64,000 nt of DNA. It comes from a virus. Its lineage: Duplodnaviria > Caudoviricetes. Positions 7,824 to 17,289 of the stretch are shown here, in pieces. The notes under the pieces were generated by a model. The model saw only the letters and a list, made by a program, of their open reading frames with translations, did no database searches and was not told the DNA's origin. The DNA is taken from positions 1-64,000 of the IMG/VR virus record IMGVR_UViG_3300044513_003764. One strand, given 5' to 3'. Position 1 is the first letter of the stretch. The number at the start of each line of letters is the position of its first letter. The position numbers and the translations under genes are program-made.

Positions 7824-9008
7824 ATGAAGGAACAACTTTTCACCAAGCTCCAAAACTTTCGCTCAGCACTAAACACTAAGTTTCTTGAAAGGGAAGATGT
7901 TATCGATGGTGTACTCGCCTCGGTAATAACTAAACAGAACTGTTTTCTCTTTGGTCTCCCTGGTACTGGTAAATCAGAACTTGTCCGCGAGATCAGCAAC
8001 GGGTTCAAGAACTCGAAGTTCTTCGGCTATCTCCTGTCTCCAACCACGGACCCGTCAGAACTTTTCGGCCCCGTAGCTGTCTCGAAACTGCTGAAGGATG
8101 AGTACGTGCGGGACGTGGAAGGATACCTACCCAGCGCAAACATCGCGTTTCTCGATGAGCTGTTCAGAGGTAGCAGTGCCGTCCTGAACAGTCTGCTCAC
8201 CATCCTCAACGAGCGAACCTTTAACAACGGGAGAGAGGTAATCCAAACCCCGATTCAGTCAATTGTCGCCGCGACTAACAGCTTCCCAACCGAAGAGTCG
8301 TTGCAGGCTTTCTGTGATCGGTTTCTGTTCCGCCCAACGGTAGAACCCCTCAAGAAGTCCACTTCCAAGAGACTGCTCGATCTTTGGGCTTTAGGTCTCG
8401 AGACTCGACCGAAGGTTGTAACCGACCTGACCTACAAAGACCTCACGGAACTTCAGACAGAAGCTCAGAATATCGAGGTTTCGGAAGAGTTTCTCGATAG
8501 GTTCGGGCAGGTCTTTGATTTACTCACGTCCAGAGGGATCACCATCTCGGACAGACGAAGGGTACAAATCCTACGCTTCATGAAAGCTTGGGCTTTAGTG
8601 CAGGGTGACGACTCGGTCTACCCGGAACATCTCCACCGCTCGCTGATCCACATCGTCTATCAGACAACCGAGGACATCCCTGTAATCAAAGAGGTCCTAG
8701 ACCAGGCGATACCTACAGCGGAGAAACTTATCGCCAGTCTCAAACGAGCACACAACGGTCTGCTCACGGAGTACCACGCGATTAATAATGTCAACTCCAA
8801 GAGCTTGGCAGACCTAAATAATCTCGTCTCGAAATTAAGAAAGCAGCACGCTGACTTACTTGTTCTCGAAGAGAAGCTCGACAGCTTGCTCGAGGCCACC
8901 GACTGCCGGATAACCATCAACGCTCGAAGGGACGGAGTCAAGCTCGCGCAGACAATCGAGCAAAGCAAACAGATGATCGCACAATCAATCTCGGATGTTG
9001 CACCATGA
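7824..9008 (+). CDS. MoxR/RavA-like AAA+ ATPase
   Basis: Walker A GLPGTGKS, Walker B IAFLDELF, NSLLTILNER, AATN, DRF; ELFGP motif. Confidence 0.9.
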   Translation: MKEQLFTKLQNFRSALNTKFLEREDVIDGVLASVITKQNCFLFGLPGTGKSELVREISNGFKNSKFFGYLLSPTTDPSELFGPVAVSKLLKDEYVRDVEGYLPSANIAFLDELFRGSSAVLNSLLTILNERTFNNGREVIQTPIQSIVAATNSFPTEESLQAFCDRFLFRPTVEPLKKSTSKRLLDLWALGLETRPKVVTDLTYKDLTELQTEAQNIEVSEEFLDRFGQVFDLLTSRGITISDRRRVQILRFMKAWALVQGDDSVYPEHLHRSLIHIVYQTTEDIPVIKEVLDQAIPTAEKLIASLKRAHNGLLTEYHAINNVNSKSLADLNNLVSKLRKQHADLLVLEEKLDSLLEATDCRITINARRDGVKLAQTIEQSKQMIAQSISDVAP

Positions 9009-10549
9009 ACTTGAAGAAAGAGCGTGACTACCTCAGGCTCACTAATAACGAACCGCTAGTACTAGCGGTCTCCGCACTCAGCGATTTCCTGTGGGAAGAC
9101 TTCGTCAGAGACACTAGTCCGACCGTTACTTATTTAATAGATCAGTACAACGTCAATCAACTGTCGCGGTTCGGTAAGGAGTTGTTCGACTTCTTGTACA
9201 ACTCCGGTGCGGTTACGCCCTTGGTATCTCTCGATGACGTGGAAACTTACTTCCGCGCCAAACAGAACGGAGCGAACCCGGAATTCCCCACTGGCTATAA
9301 ACCCGAGTCAGCCTTCTGGGTTGCGCTATTCGCGGAGATCTGCAACGCACCGGCTTGGCCACGGTTGATGAGCTTGTCCTGTGGAGATCAGTTCAACGCT
9401 GGTAACAACGCCGTAAACATACTCAACGAACTGAGTGAAGTTCTTGAGGCTCAGATCGAGAAACACGAGCTGCCTATCGATCTAATCGCAGAGGGCGGTC
9501 AGAAGCTCGAGGAACTGCGCCAAGCTTTCCTAGAGGCGAAGGCGGCAGGAGATGATACGAAAGCGGCGGAGATTCGAGAGAAAGGCAAAAGCTTAGGTAA
9601 AGCAATCGAGCAAGCGGTTGAGGAGAGCCGTCAGATGGTTCAGCCTGAAATTTCTCGGGCGCTTGACTCGGTTGAAAGGACGGCGAACGAAACGCAGAAC
9701 GCCATTAACAGTTTGGCCGGAACCCAACCAGGCAAAGGAAAACACAGTAACGACCTCGAGGAGAAACGCCAGCTTGCTAAGAAACTCCAGCGAAACCCTT
9801 CTTTAAAACGACTGATAAACAAGCTGGGCGGTCTCAAGCGAGCTTGGAACGATCGCAAAAGGGCGAAGAGAGCACAGAGCACATACAGCGAAATTGTTGG
9901 TGCGAAGTTCTCCGATGAGGTCATCCGCGCCTTCCCAGCTGAGCTCGCTCTGGCGGCCACGGATGAAGGTCGGGCACTCTTTGCGCTGAAGTACGCGCAA
10001 AGAACCATACTGACCAAGGACTACGAAGCGAAAATCAAAGAGGTCAGTCGAGGTCCCGTAGTCATGTACGTGGACGTAAGCGGATCGATGTGTGGCGAAG
10101 CAGAGCTTTGGAGCAAAGCCCTCGCCTACGTAGTCGCGGAGGAATGTGTCGAACAAAACCGAGAGCTAAGGATCCACCTGTTCGATACTCAGATCCAAAA
10201 AAGTATTCACCTCGATCCCGCGAGATCGGATAACGCTGAGCTTCTGAAGTTTGTCCTCAGTTGGACCACGCACGGAGGTACCTCCTTTAGCTCTGTGATC
10301 GACCACGCGCTCAACTCTCTGATTGACCCGAAGGCGGACGTCCTCATGATCACCGACGGTCAAGCTGAGGTTAGCGATCCGTTCATACGCCGACTCAGCG
10401 CAAGGAAGGATGAGCTCGACCTTCAGTGGACCTCCTTCTGTATCGGTGTTCAGGCTCGAGTCCTGAGTCAATTCAGTGATGACGTTCAGCTCGTGGACAT
10501 TCAAAATGATCCTGAGTCAGCTACCCTGTTCCAAAACGCACTGAGGTAA
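9005..10549 (+). CDS. ViaA-like VWA domain protein
   Basis: C-terminal MIDAS: DVSGSM, HGGT, ITDG. Confidence 0.85.
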   Translation: MNLKKERDYLRLTNNEPLVLAVSALSDFLWEDFVRDTSPTVTYLIDQYNVNQLSRFGKELFDFLYNSGAVTPLVSLDDVETYFRAKQNGANPEFPTGYKPESAFWVALFAEICNAPAWPRLMSLSCGDQFNAGNNAVNILNELSEVLEAQIEKHELPIDLIAEGGQKLEELRQAFLEAKAAGDDTKAAEIREKGKSLGKAIEQAVEESRQMVQPEISRALDSVERTANETQNAINSLAGTQPGKGKHSNDLEEKRQLAKKLQRNPSLKRLINKLGGLKRAWNDRKRAKRAQSTYSEIVGAKFSDEVIRAFPAELALAATDEGRALFALKYAQRTILTKDYEAKIKEVSRGPVVMYVDVSGSMCGEAELWSKALAYVVAEECVEQNRELRIHLFDTQIQKSIHLDPARSDNAELLKFVLSWTTHGGTSFSSVIDHALNSLIDPKADVLMITDGQAEVSDPFIRRLSARKDELDLQWTSFCIGVQARVLSQFSDDVQLVDIQNDPESATLFQNALR

Positions 10550-10552
10550 GCC

Positions 10553-10777
10553 ATGAGCCCAGTAAGCCATGAAGATCTACATGAAGTAGATAGAATCATA
10601 TCGTATTATAGCGAGCCTCGTAAGCTCAGAGGTAACTTCTCAAAGATTGGTGACTTCTGGGCTGACGACGAAGGCAACTGGTGGATCTGCAATAAGATCG
10701 TGGGAGGAAAGCCCGTGTATACAAAGTTGACGCCTCATGAGCAGGTTACATCTGGCGAAGTCCATCCGAAGCCTTGA
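10553..10777 (+). CDS. hypothetical protein
   Basis: ORF track; GAGG RBS. Confidence 0.6.
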   Translation: MSPVSHEDLHEVDRIISYYSEPRKLRGNFSKIGDFWADDEGNWWICNKIVGGKPVYTKLTPHEQVTSGEVHPKP

Positions 10778-11219
10778 GGTCAAGTACAGAGGAAATGCCA
10801 CACGTTTTGACCTCGAGGAATGGCTAAGGGATCAGCTTCTCGATACCTACCTGGAGATCAACGACCGAGACTCACTAGACAACACCTTCAAATTCGAGAG
10901 CATCTACGTTGTCTTCCTCGCGAAGCAGCAGCTGATCAACCTGACAAGGCTTGACGACGAGGGAAAGGCTCTCGAGTGCTGCATCTCCCTTCAGAGCTTC
11001 ATGCTCGAGAACTACGGTGTGAGCTGCCTCGACGAAGCAAGGACGAGTATTGAGCTCACCTCAGTGGACTTCGAACTCATAGCCATGCAGATAGCCGACT
11101 CCATCTCAGAGTGGGGACAGTACGCTTTGATACTTACACGACTAGGGTCGTGGCAGAAAGCAAACAGAGAACAACAGGAATCTAAAGATAATCGGAAAAA
11201 CGAAGACATGTCTGCCTAG
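10737..11219 (+). CDS. hypothetical protein
   Basis: ORF track. Confidence 0.65.
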   Translation: MSRLHLAKSIRSLEVKYRGNATRFDLEEWLRDQLLDTYLEINDRDSLDNTFKFESIYVVFLAKQQLINLTRLDDEGKALECCISLQSFMLENYGVSCLDEARTSIELTSVDFELIAMQIADSISEWGQYALILTRLGSWQKANREQQESKDNRKNEDMSA

Positions 11220-11255
11220 GCCCATTACTTTCAGCAAGTCATTCAAATACTCTCG

Positions 11256-12068
11256 ATGCAATTCGAGTTCACCCTCGGGCAGACAAAACTGAACCAGGAA
11301 GAAGCCAAAGCCCTTCTTGCTGCCACAGAGGCCAATCCAAAAATCACGATCGACATCCTCAAGCACATCGACCCCAAGCTCGTCGATTCCAAGAAACTCT
11401 TCTCCTTAAGTGTGGAGAAAAAGAATCCTGAGTTGGCGAGTCTGGCAGCTCGGTTCGCTATCGAGGGTATCGAGGCACCGAAGAAGCGCAAAGCTGGCGC
11501 AGAGGTGAAGCGAATTAGTGACATCGTTCCCTCTAGAGCCATCGCTAAAGCTTCGGATGCAATCGCGGAGCTAAACCAGATGAACGGCCTGAAGAGCCTT
11601 GGTGCCGGAATGATTCTCGCAGCGCTCTCGAAGGGACAGAAGCGCACCCTGCGTCAGGTTGCTGTCTCAACAGTGAATGAGCTGGCTTTCAAAGGTGAAG
11701 TCAGCGCAGACTCTGCTTGCTTCCGAGGCTTTATGAAAGACGGCGACGACAATTACAAGCCGATCGACAAGCGTCCGGGAGTCGACCGCAACGAATGCTT
11801 CCACACCTCTCCGATCTACACCTCCCTTCGCGAGGGTCTCACTCTCCTGATGAACTGGGGAATGGTCAAAACTACGAAGAGCACAGACTTTGGCTCTAAG
11901 GACGGTAGGGATGAGGGGAACCTCAAACTCCTTCGCCGCACTGTGTACAACGTGGAGCTGACCGAGCTCGGTATCAAAGCTGCTGAGCAATGGGCTGACA
12001 TCAACAATTTCATCAGTCATCGCTGGTCGCAGCGCGTTCGCAGCCGCTACACTTATGCTGCTGCCTAA
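11256..12068 (+). CDS. hypothetical protein with probable C-terminal winged helix
   Basis: SLREGLTLLMNWGMVK..VELTELG pattern; ends RYTYAAA. Confidence 0.7.
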   Translation: MQFEFTLGQTKLNQEEAKALLAATEANPKITIDILKHIDPKLVDSKKLFSLSVEKKNPELASLAARFAIEGIEAPKKRKAGAEVKRISDIVPSRAIAKASDAIAELNQMNGLKSLGAGMILAALSKGQKRTLRQVAVSTVNELAFKGEVSADSACFRGFMKDGDDNYKPIDKRPGVDRNECFHTSPIYTSLREGLTLLMNWGMVKTTKSTDFGSKDGRDEGNLKLLRRTVYNVELTELGIKAAEQWADINNFISHRWSQRVRSRYTYAAA

Positions 12069-12087
12069 GGGCGCAACGGAACCCACG

Positions 12088-12111
12088 AGGCGCCCTTGAG
12101 GCGCCTTTTTT
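12088..12111 (+). terminator. intrinsic terminator
   Basis: AGGCGCC-CTTGA-GGCGCCT then T-run. Confidence 0.75.
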
Positions 12112-12114
12112 ATT

Positions 12115-14010
12115 ATGCAAGTCAACTACATCACAACAGAAGAAGCCCTTAGAGCAGCCTTGGTGGAGCTCAAGCAAATCAACAAGCTCTGTATCGACAC
12201 GGAGACAACTGGATTAGACGCGAGGATCGCAGACCTACGCCTCCTTCAGCTCTGCTCGACGGACGAGAAGGATGAGGATCGGACTGTCTATGTCATCGAC
12301 TGCTTCAAGGTAAAACCTTCCCAGGAACTCAAAGAACTTATTGAGAGCCGCGAGATGCTCGTAGCTCACAACATGAACTTTGATTTTCAGTTCCTCTTAA
12401 AGATTGGTATCGACTACAAAGGGAAAATATTCGATACCTTCCTCGCCGAGCGATGTCTCAGAGCTGGCTTCAAAGAGAAGCGGATCAGTCCACAGGCGAA
12501 AAAACCTTACTTCGCCGACGTTTCCTGCTCACTCAAAGCAGTCGTTGAAAGAAGGCTTGAGCTCGAGGTCGACAAAGAGCAGCAGGTTTCGGACTGGTCA
12601 AAAGCAGACCTCGAAGAAGAGCAGATCGTCTACGCAGCGAAGGACGTCGATCTTCTTCCGAGGATTGCAGCGGACCAGCTTAAGGAGATGGCTGAGGAGT
12701 CACTCCTAGATATCTACTCTCTCGAATCAAAGTGCATTCGCCCGGTGGCATCAATGTGTCACAGGGGATTCAACGTAAATGTTAGTAAGCTAGTAGCACT
12801 AAAAGAATCCATTTCCGAGGAACTCGAGAAAAAGACTATAGAATTCTGTACCGAGCTCGACAACGCTCTGCCCCCCGAACTCAAGCTTCCGAGGAACATC
12901 GATGGACAGCTGGCAATCGGAAAAAAACAGCGAAAGGAATTCAACCCAGGGTCTGGGGTTCAGTGCGTCAAACTTTTCCAGGCACTCGATATTGAATTAC
13001 CTTCAGATGCAAGAACAGGCAAACCAACGCTTAATCAAGTCGCCCTGTCCGAATTCGATAGCAGCGACCGAATCCTTAATCTCTACAGACAGAGAGTCAA
13101 GATCGAAACTCGTCTCGAGCACGCAGAGAAACTACTGGCAAATATTAATCCTGTTTCTCTTAGGATTCACAGTCAGTATAATCAGTACGGCGCCAATAGC
13201 GGACGCTTCACTTCATCTGGAGCTAAGAAACAAACAGCTAAACAAGTAAAAAATCAGTTTGCTATTAACGCTCAGCAGATCCCAAGAAACAACGAGTTCC
13301 GGGAGTGCTTCGTTGCCAGCCCCGGACACGACCTAATTATCTGTGACTTCTCTCAGATCGAACTGAGGTTAGGAGCTGAGCTGATCGGAATCCCTCAGAT
13401 GATCGAAGCGTTCCAAAGAGGGCAGGATCTCCATACGGTTACCGCCAGCCTCATCTACAAGATTCCGCTTGAGGAAGTCCAGAAGAGTCAGAGACAAGAA
13501 GGTAAGACACTTAATTTCGCTCTGCTCTACGGGATGGGGTATCGAAAGTACAAAACCTACGCAGCTCAGTCGGGCAAAGTTATCTCCATTGGTGAGGCTA
13601 AGGTCGCCCACGCTGCTTTCCACAATGCCTATCCTCGTTTACGTCAGTGGCACAGAGAGCGAGCAGCTTTAGTCGAAGACGGATGGTGCTACGTGAGAAC
13701 TCCCCTCGGTCGAAGACGACTTCTTTCCTATGACGACGCGACCATGACGGCGTGCGCCAACACCCTAGTTCAAGGTGCAGGGGCAGATATTTTGAAACTC
13801 TCGTTGGCGAAATTAAACGAACATCTGAATGATGAGGCGCATCTGGTTGCCTGTGTACACGATGAAATTGTCCTCGAAGTGCTAGAGAGTAAAACGGATT
13901 ACTACAAAGAAGTACTTGAGAGGTGCATGCGTGAGGCGGCTGAGACTATCCTCAAAGTCGTTCCCTCGAAAGCTGACGCAGGGACAGGCAAAACTTGGGC
14001 TGAAAAATGA
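12115..14010 (+). CDS. polA: family A DNA polymerase with 3'-5' exonuclease
   Basis: Exo I DTETTGL; motif A DFSQIELR; motif B KTLNFALLYG; motif C VHDEI. Confidence 0.96.
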   Translation: MQVNYITTEEALRAALVELKQINKLCIDTETTGLDARIADLRLLQLCSTDEKDEDRTVYVIDCFKVKPSQELKELIESREMLVAHNMNFDFQFLLKIGIDYKGKIFDTFLAERCLRAGFKEKRISPQAKKPYFADVSCSLKAVVERRLELEVDKEQQVSDWSKADLEEEQIVYAAKDVDLLPRIAADQLKEMAEESLLDIYSLESKCIRPVASMCHRGFNVNVSKLVALKESISEELEKKTIEFCTELDNALPPELKLPRNIDGQLAIGKKQRKEFNPGSGVQCVKLFQALDIELPSDARTGKPTLNQVALSEFDSSDRILNLYRQRVKIETRLEHAEKLLANINPVSLRIHSQYNQYGANSGRFTSSGAKKQTAKQVKNQFAINAQQIPRNNEFRECFVASPGHDLIICDFSQIELRLGAELIGIPQMIEAFQRGQDLHTVTASLIYKIPLEEVQKSQRQEGKTLNFALLYGMGYRKYKTYAAQSGKVISIGEAKVAHAAFHNAYPRLRQWHRERAALVEDGWCYVRTPLGRRRLLSYDDATMTACANTLVQGAGADILKLSLAKLNEHLNDEAHLVACVHDEIVLEVLESKTDYYKEVLERCMREAAETILKVVPSKADAGTGKTWAEK

Positions 14011-14312
14011 TGGAACAAGCAGCACGCAAGAGAAAAAAACCGGAACCGAAAATTAAGTTCAAAGTGGGAGATCGCGTCAAGGAGATCAACAAGTTCCAGC
14101 ACTCCTTAGTAAATCCTCTGCGGGGTGAGGAGTACAGACAAAAGTTTGCAGCAATAGCAGCGAGCGAAAGGGAAGGTGAGGTGCTCGATATCCTCATCAT
14201 CAAAAACTCCATCGGCAGTAGAAGGATCTACGTCGACGTTTTGTGGGATGGATCCAAAACTCCCACGCGGCACGAACAGATTCGGCTAACCCTAATCGAC
14301 CCAAACCAATAG
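14007..14312 (+). CDS. hypothetical protein (SH3/KOW-like beta barrel)
   Basis: FKVGDRVKE...GEVLDI..VDVLWD. Confidence 0.6.
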   Translation: MMEQAARKRKKPEPKIKFKVGDRVKEINKFQHSLVNPLRGEEYRQKFAAIAASEREGEVLDILIIKNSIGSRRIYVDVLWDGSKTPTRHEQIRLTLIDPNQ

Positions 14313-14352
14313 AGAAAATAGGGTAGACTCGAACCGTTTTAAAACGTAAGTC

Positions 14353-14862
14353 ATGCAGATTATAAACCTCCCTGCAGACTGTAAAAAAGAAATCTTTACA
14401 GCCAAAGTAGAAGAAGGTTATGTAGGTTGTGTGCGTACAGATGAATATGTATGCTTTACGATCGAGAAGTTCGACTCTGCTCTTAAGGCTGCGAATAGAG
14501 CCAGGAACCTCCAGAGGAACCTGAAAAACAAAAGCGAAAGTAAAATCTCGTCGACAACTGTAAAGACGCCTAGCAAAAAAGTTAAAAAGAAAGTAGCTTA
14601 TACGCCAAAGCTGTATACGCTTGCGGAAACAGAGGCGATGCCCCTCCTTAGATTCCAAGAGGTGTGGGTTATTACCCGTGAAAACCTGTACGTACAGGAC
14701 TGTCTGGACAAAGAGAATAAAAGATTAGTTCGCTATACCCCGGATAAAGACAAAGCAAAGTACTACAAGGACCACGAGGAGGCCAAGATGACCATGCGTG
14801 TGCTGAAGGGAGTCGTTGGTCCTGGATTCGACCTGAAGAGGTTCTTTGTAGAAAACAACTAA
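14353..14862 (+). CDS. basic hypothetical protein
   Basis: ORF track; TAGACT 23 nt upstream. Confidence 0.7.
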   Translation: MQIINLPADCKKEIFTAKVEEGYVGCVRTDEYVCFTIEKFDSALKAANRARNLQRNLKNKSESKISSTTVKTPSKKVKKKVAYTPKLYTLAETEAMPLLRFQEVWVITRENLYVQDCLDKENKRLVRYTPDKDKAKYYKDHEEAKMTMRVLKGVVGPGFDLKRFFVENN

Positions 14863-14895
14863 TTCTTTTAGACTCAGAAGAAAGACCTCAGTAGC

Positions 14896-15114
14896 ATGGC
14901 CACTCGGTACGCAGGTGATTATTTCGGGATTACCCTCGATGGCACCGAAGACGCTGACTCGCGTCTCGTCGAACTGTTCCCCACCTTGTCGTCTGCTGCT
15001 TTTGATAAAGATCCGAAGCAAACAAACAAAGAACCCAGACTACTGGGTGGGTACAAAGCTGCCCCTGTGTTCGGAGGCTTTAAAACATTCGAGATGAGAA
15101 AGAAAGATCAATAA
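14896..15114 (+). CDS. hypothetical protein
   Basis: ORF track; TAGACT at 14869-14874. Confidence 0.65.
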   Translation: MATRYAGDYFGITLDGTEDADSRLVELFPTLSSAAFDKDPKQTNKEPRLLGGYKAAPVFGGFKTFEMRKKDQ

Positions 15115-15152
15115 AATTCGGTAGACTAGACTCAAAAGAAAGTTCTAAACAG

Positions 15153-16034
15153 ATGACTGCCACTCGGTACAAGTTACCTCCTTCGCTTCTGCGGTCGGCA
15201 GGGTCCAGGTTTGGCTTTAATCTGGCTGAACTCTTCGGTGACGAAGCCGAGGGAACTGGAACCATGGAAGGTTTCCTGCCCTCCTTCCAGACGAAGACAC
15301 TCGAAAAAGGTCGCGGTGGTGTCCTGAGCTATAAAGCTCCCAAGATGCCCACGCGGGAAAGCGTTTTCACTCTGACTCCCGCTCCTCAACAGGTGGCTGC
15401 TCCTGCACCGGAACCCACGCCGGAACCGGAACCCACGCCGACGAAACCGCGTTACGACGTTTCGAACGTTAAGTACAGCACGGACTTCTATGGCGACCTG
15501 ACCCAGCAAGAAGCAGCTGGTAAAGCAACGCAATTGCTGCACCGTGCTATCGGCGCGGAAAATATTAAGAGCCAGGAAGACTTCAACAAACTGTTTTCAG
15601 GTTTGTATGAAGACCTTCAAACCGGCAGGGACTACGGTCAAGACGTCAGCCGCTTCTACGGCGCTGCCCGCGCAGCCGGTTACGAACCTTACTCAAAAGG
15701 CGATAAAGGTATCGCTCCGATGAGTCAGGATCTCTCTGCGACCCAGGGTTATCAGAGCTTTGTCGAAGGTCTGTACACCACGCCTGAGCAGATGGGTCAG
15801 TTCTATGACCCCGCAGACTTTGGTCGTCGGATCCTTGAAGGCAAAGCTTACTATCGTCCGGGTGGAGTTCAAACCAACCTCGAACGGATCGGTAACATCG
15901 AGAACCGTATTACCGAATTAGGTGAACCGTTCTACGGAAAGAGCCAGCAGTATAAAGGCGGCTACCGCGCTGGGATCCCCGCAGACGAAAGCGATCCGTT
16001 CCGTCAGTACTACGAAACCTTCCTCAAAAGCTGA
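15153..16034 (+). CDS. hypothetical protein, possibly internal virion protein, with PEPT linker
   Basis: APAPEPTPEPEPTPTKP; G/Y/Q-rich; TAGACT at 15127-15132. Confidence 0.7.
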   Translation: MTATRYKLPPSLLRSAGSRFGFNLAELFGDEAEGTGTMEGFLPSFQTKTLEKGRGGVLSYKAPKMPTRESVFTLTPAPQQVAAPAPEPTPEPEPTPTKPRYDVSNVKYSTDFYGDLTQQEAAGKATQLLHRAIGAENIKSQEDFNKLFSGLYEDLQTGRDYGQDVSRFYGAARAAGYEPYSKGDKGIAPMSQDLSATQGYQSFVEGLYTTPEQMGQFYDPADFGRRILEGKAYYRPGGVQTNLERIGNIENRITELGEPFYGKSQQYKGGYRAGIPADESDPFRQYYETFLKS

Positions 16035-16051
16035 GGATTAAAACTAAAAGC

Positions 16052-16080
16052 AAAGGCTCCGCGAATGCGGGGCTTTTTTT
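16052..16080 (+). terminator. intrinsic terminator
   Basis: AAGGCTCCGC-GAAT-GCGGGGCTT then T-run. Confidence 0.8.
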
Positions 16081-16114
16081 ATGTACACTTCAGCCCAAGG
16101 GACTAAGACAAGAA

Positions 16115-16642
16115 GTGCATACACAGTACTCCATAACACTAGAGAAAAATAAAACTAAGACAGTATTAGCCATAACCGCAAACGATGCTGGCCACGCGCA
16201 AGCTCAATCCAGGGACATAGCCAGAGCCCTACGTGCAGACAGGTTCGAACTCTTATACGAGGAGGCCAAGGAGACAGGTCTCAGCAGACTGTTTAAAAAA
16301 CTTGCATACAACGAGTTTGATCACAAGACGTGCGAGCTTTGGGAAGAGGGCTCCGTCAACGGAGTGCCTGTGACTTACATGCTCAACAACCGCTTCTATG
16401 TAAGACCAGTAGTGTTGGACTACTTAGACATAACAAGAGAAGAAGTCGTGTCTCCCTTGTGCGGAAATAAGATGTGTGTGAATCCATACCACAATAAATA
16501 CAAAGCAACAAGAGCATCGAAATTAAGTGGCGCAGACATGAATTTGGCGCTAGCCTTCAGCAGCCAAGGCGTTCCTGTAAAGGAGATCGCCAAGGTCCTC
16601 AAAGTACACAGATCAACGATCTACCGAATCCTCAACAAATGA
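16115..16642 (+). CDS. degenerate His-Me/HNH zinc finger fused to C-terminal HTH
   Basis: CELW...VSPLCGNKMCVNPYH then VKEIAKVLKVHRSTIYRIL. Confidence 0.7.
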   Translation: MHTQYSITLEKNKTKTVLAITANDAGHAQAQSRDIARALRADRFELLYEEAKETGLSRLFKKLAYNEFDHKTCELWEEGSVNGVPVTYMLNNRFYVRPVVLDYLDITREEVVSPLCGNKMCVNPYHNKYKATRASKLSGADMNLALAFSSQGVPVKEIAKVLKVHRSTIYRILNK

Positions 16643-17283
16643 ACGTCTTTGTTCTTGGGTTGCGAGCTTCCAGCGACGCCCTCCTCGAAGAGGAAACCGT
16701 TTCACTGACAGCTGAGTCGCTCCCAGCTACCGAAAAGAAAGTTGCCACCAAGGTCTGCCTCGTTCAAAAGGCAGATCACTACGTCGGCAAACTTCTCAAA
16801 GAAGTCCAAGAAGGAGAAACCTTCTTTGCCATTGGACCGACGAAGGCGGATCCGGATGGCGTACTGAAGATGCAACCCATGCTGGTTGTCAGGAAGGAAA
16901 ACTGGGATGACCTTCTCGCGGTCAACCTGTTTGTCGCCACGGGTGGTCTTGGTCCTAAGACCGAGGAAACTCAACTGGCTGACAACACTGTCACTAACCG
17001 TTCGCTTGCTTGGCAAGACGAAAAACAAGAAACAAGCTGGATGAAGCTCAGCTGCTGGAATGAACTATCCGGACAATTGGCTGAACTTCCCCCAGGAACA
17101 CCGACAATCGCTGTCGGGCGCGTGAGCACTTCGGAGAAAGAAGAGCGTGTGTTCCTGAATTACGGGGTGGATAAGATCCTGTATCTCCCTCGTTCGACGC
17201 GGTCTGCTCCTAAGAAAGCCGCTGATCCTGAAAAAGGACGTGTTTCAACTGCTGCTCTCGGTTCTCTCGACTTTTCGCTCTGA
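16639..17283 (+). CDS. ssb: single-stranded DNA-binding protein, probably two OB folds
   Basis: Second half GGLG..TE..VTNRSLA..TSWMKLSCWNELSGQLAEL..G..IAVGR matches the SSB OB fold. Confidence 0.7.
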   Translation: MNVFVLGLRASSDALLEEETVSLTAESLPATEKKVATKVCLVQKADHYVGKLLKEVQEGETFFAIGPTKADPDGVLKMQPMLVVRKENWDDLLAVNLFVATGGLGPKTEETQLADNTVTNRSLAWQDEKQETSWMKLSCWNELSGQLAELPPGTPTIAVGRVSTSEKEERVFLNYGVDKILYLPRSTRSAPKKAADPEKGRVSTAALGSLDFSL

Positions 17284-17289
17284 TTAACC

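Noticed and set aside
7529-8008. 159-aa - strand ORF and similar mid-length antisense ORFs across the replication block
   Set aside because: They fully overlap well-supported + strand genes and have S/R-rich shadow composition.
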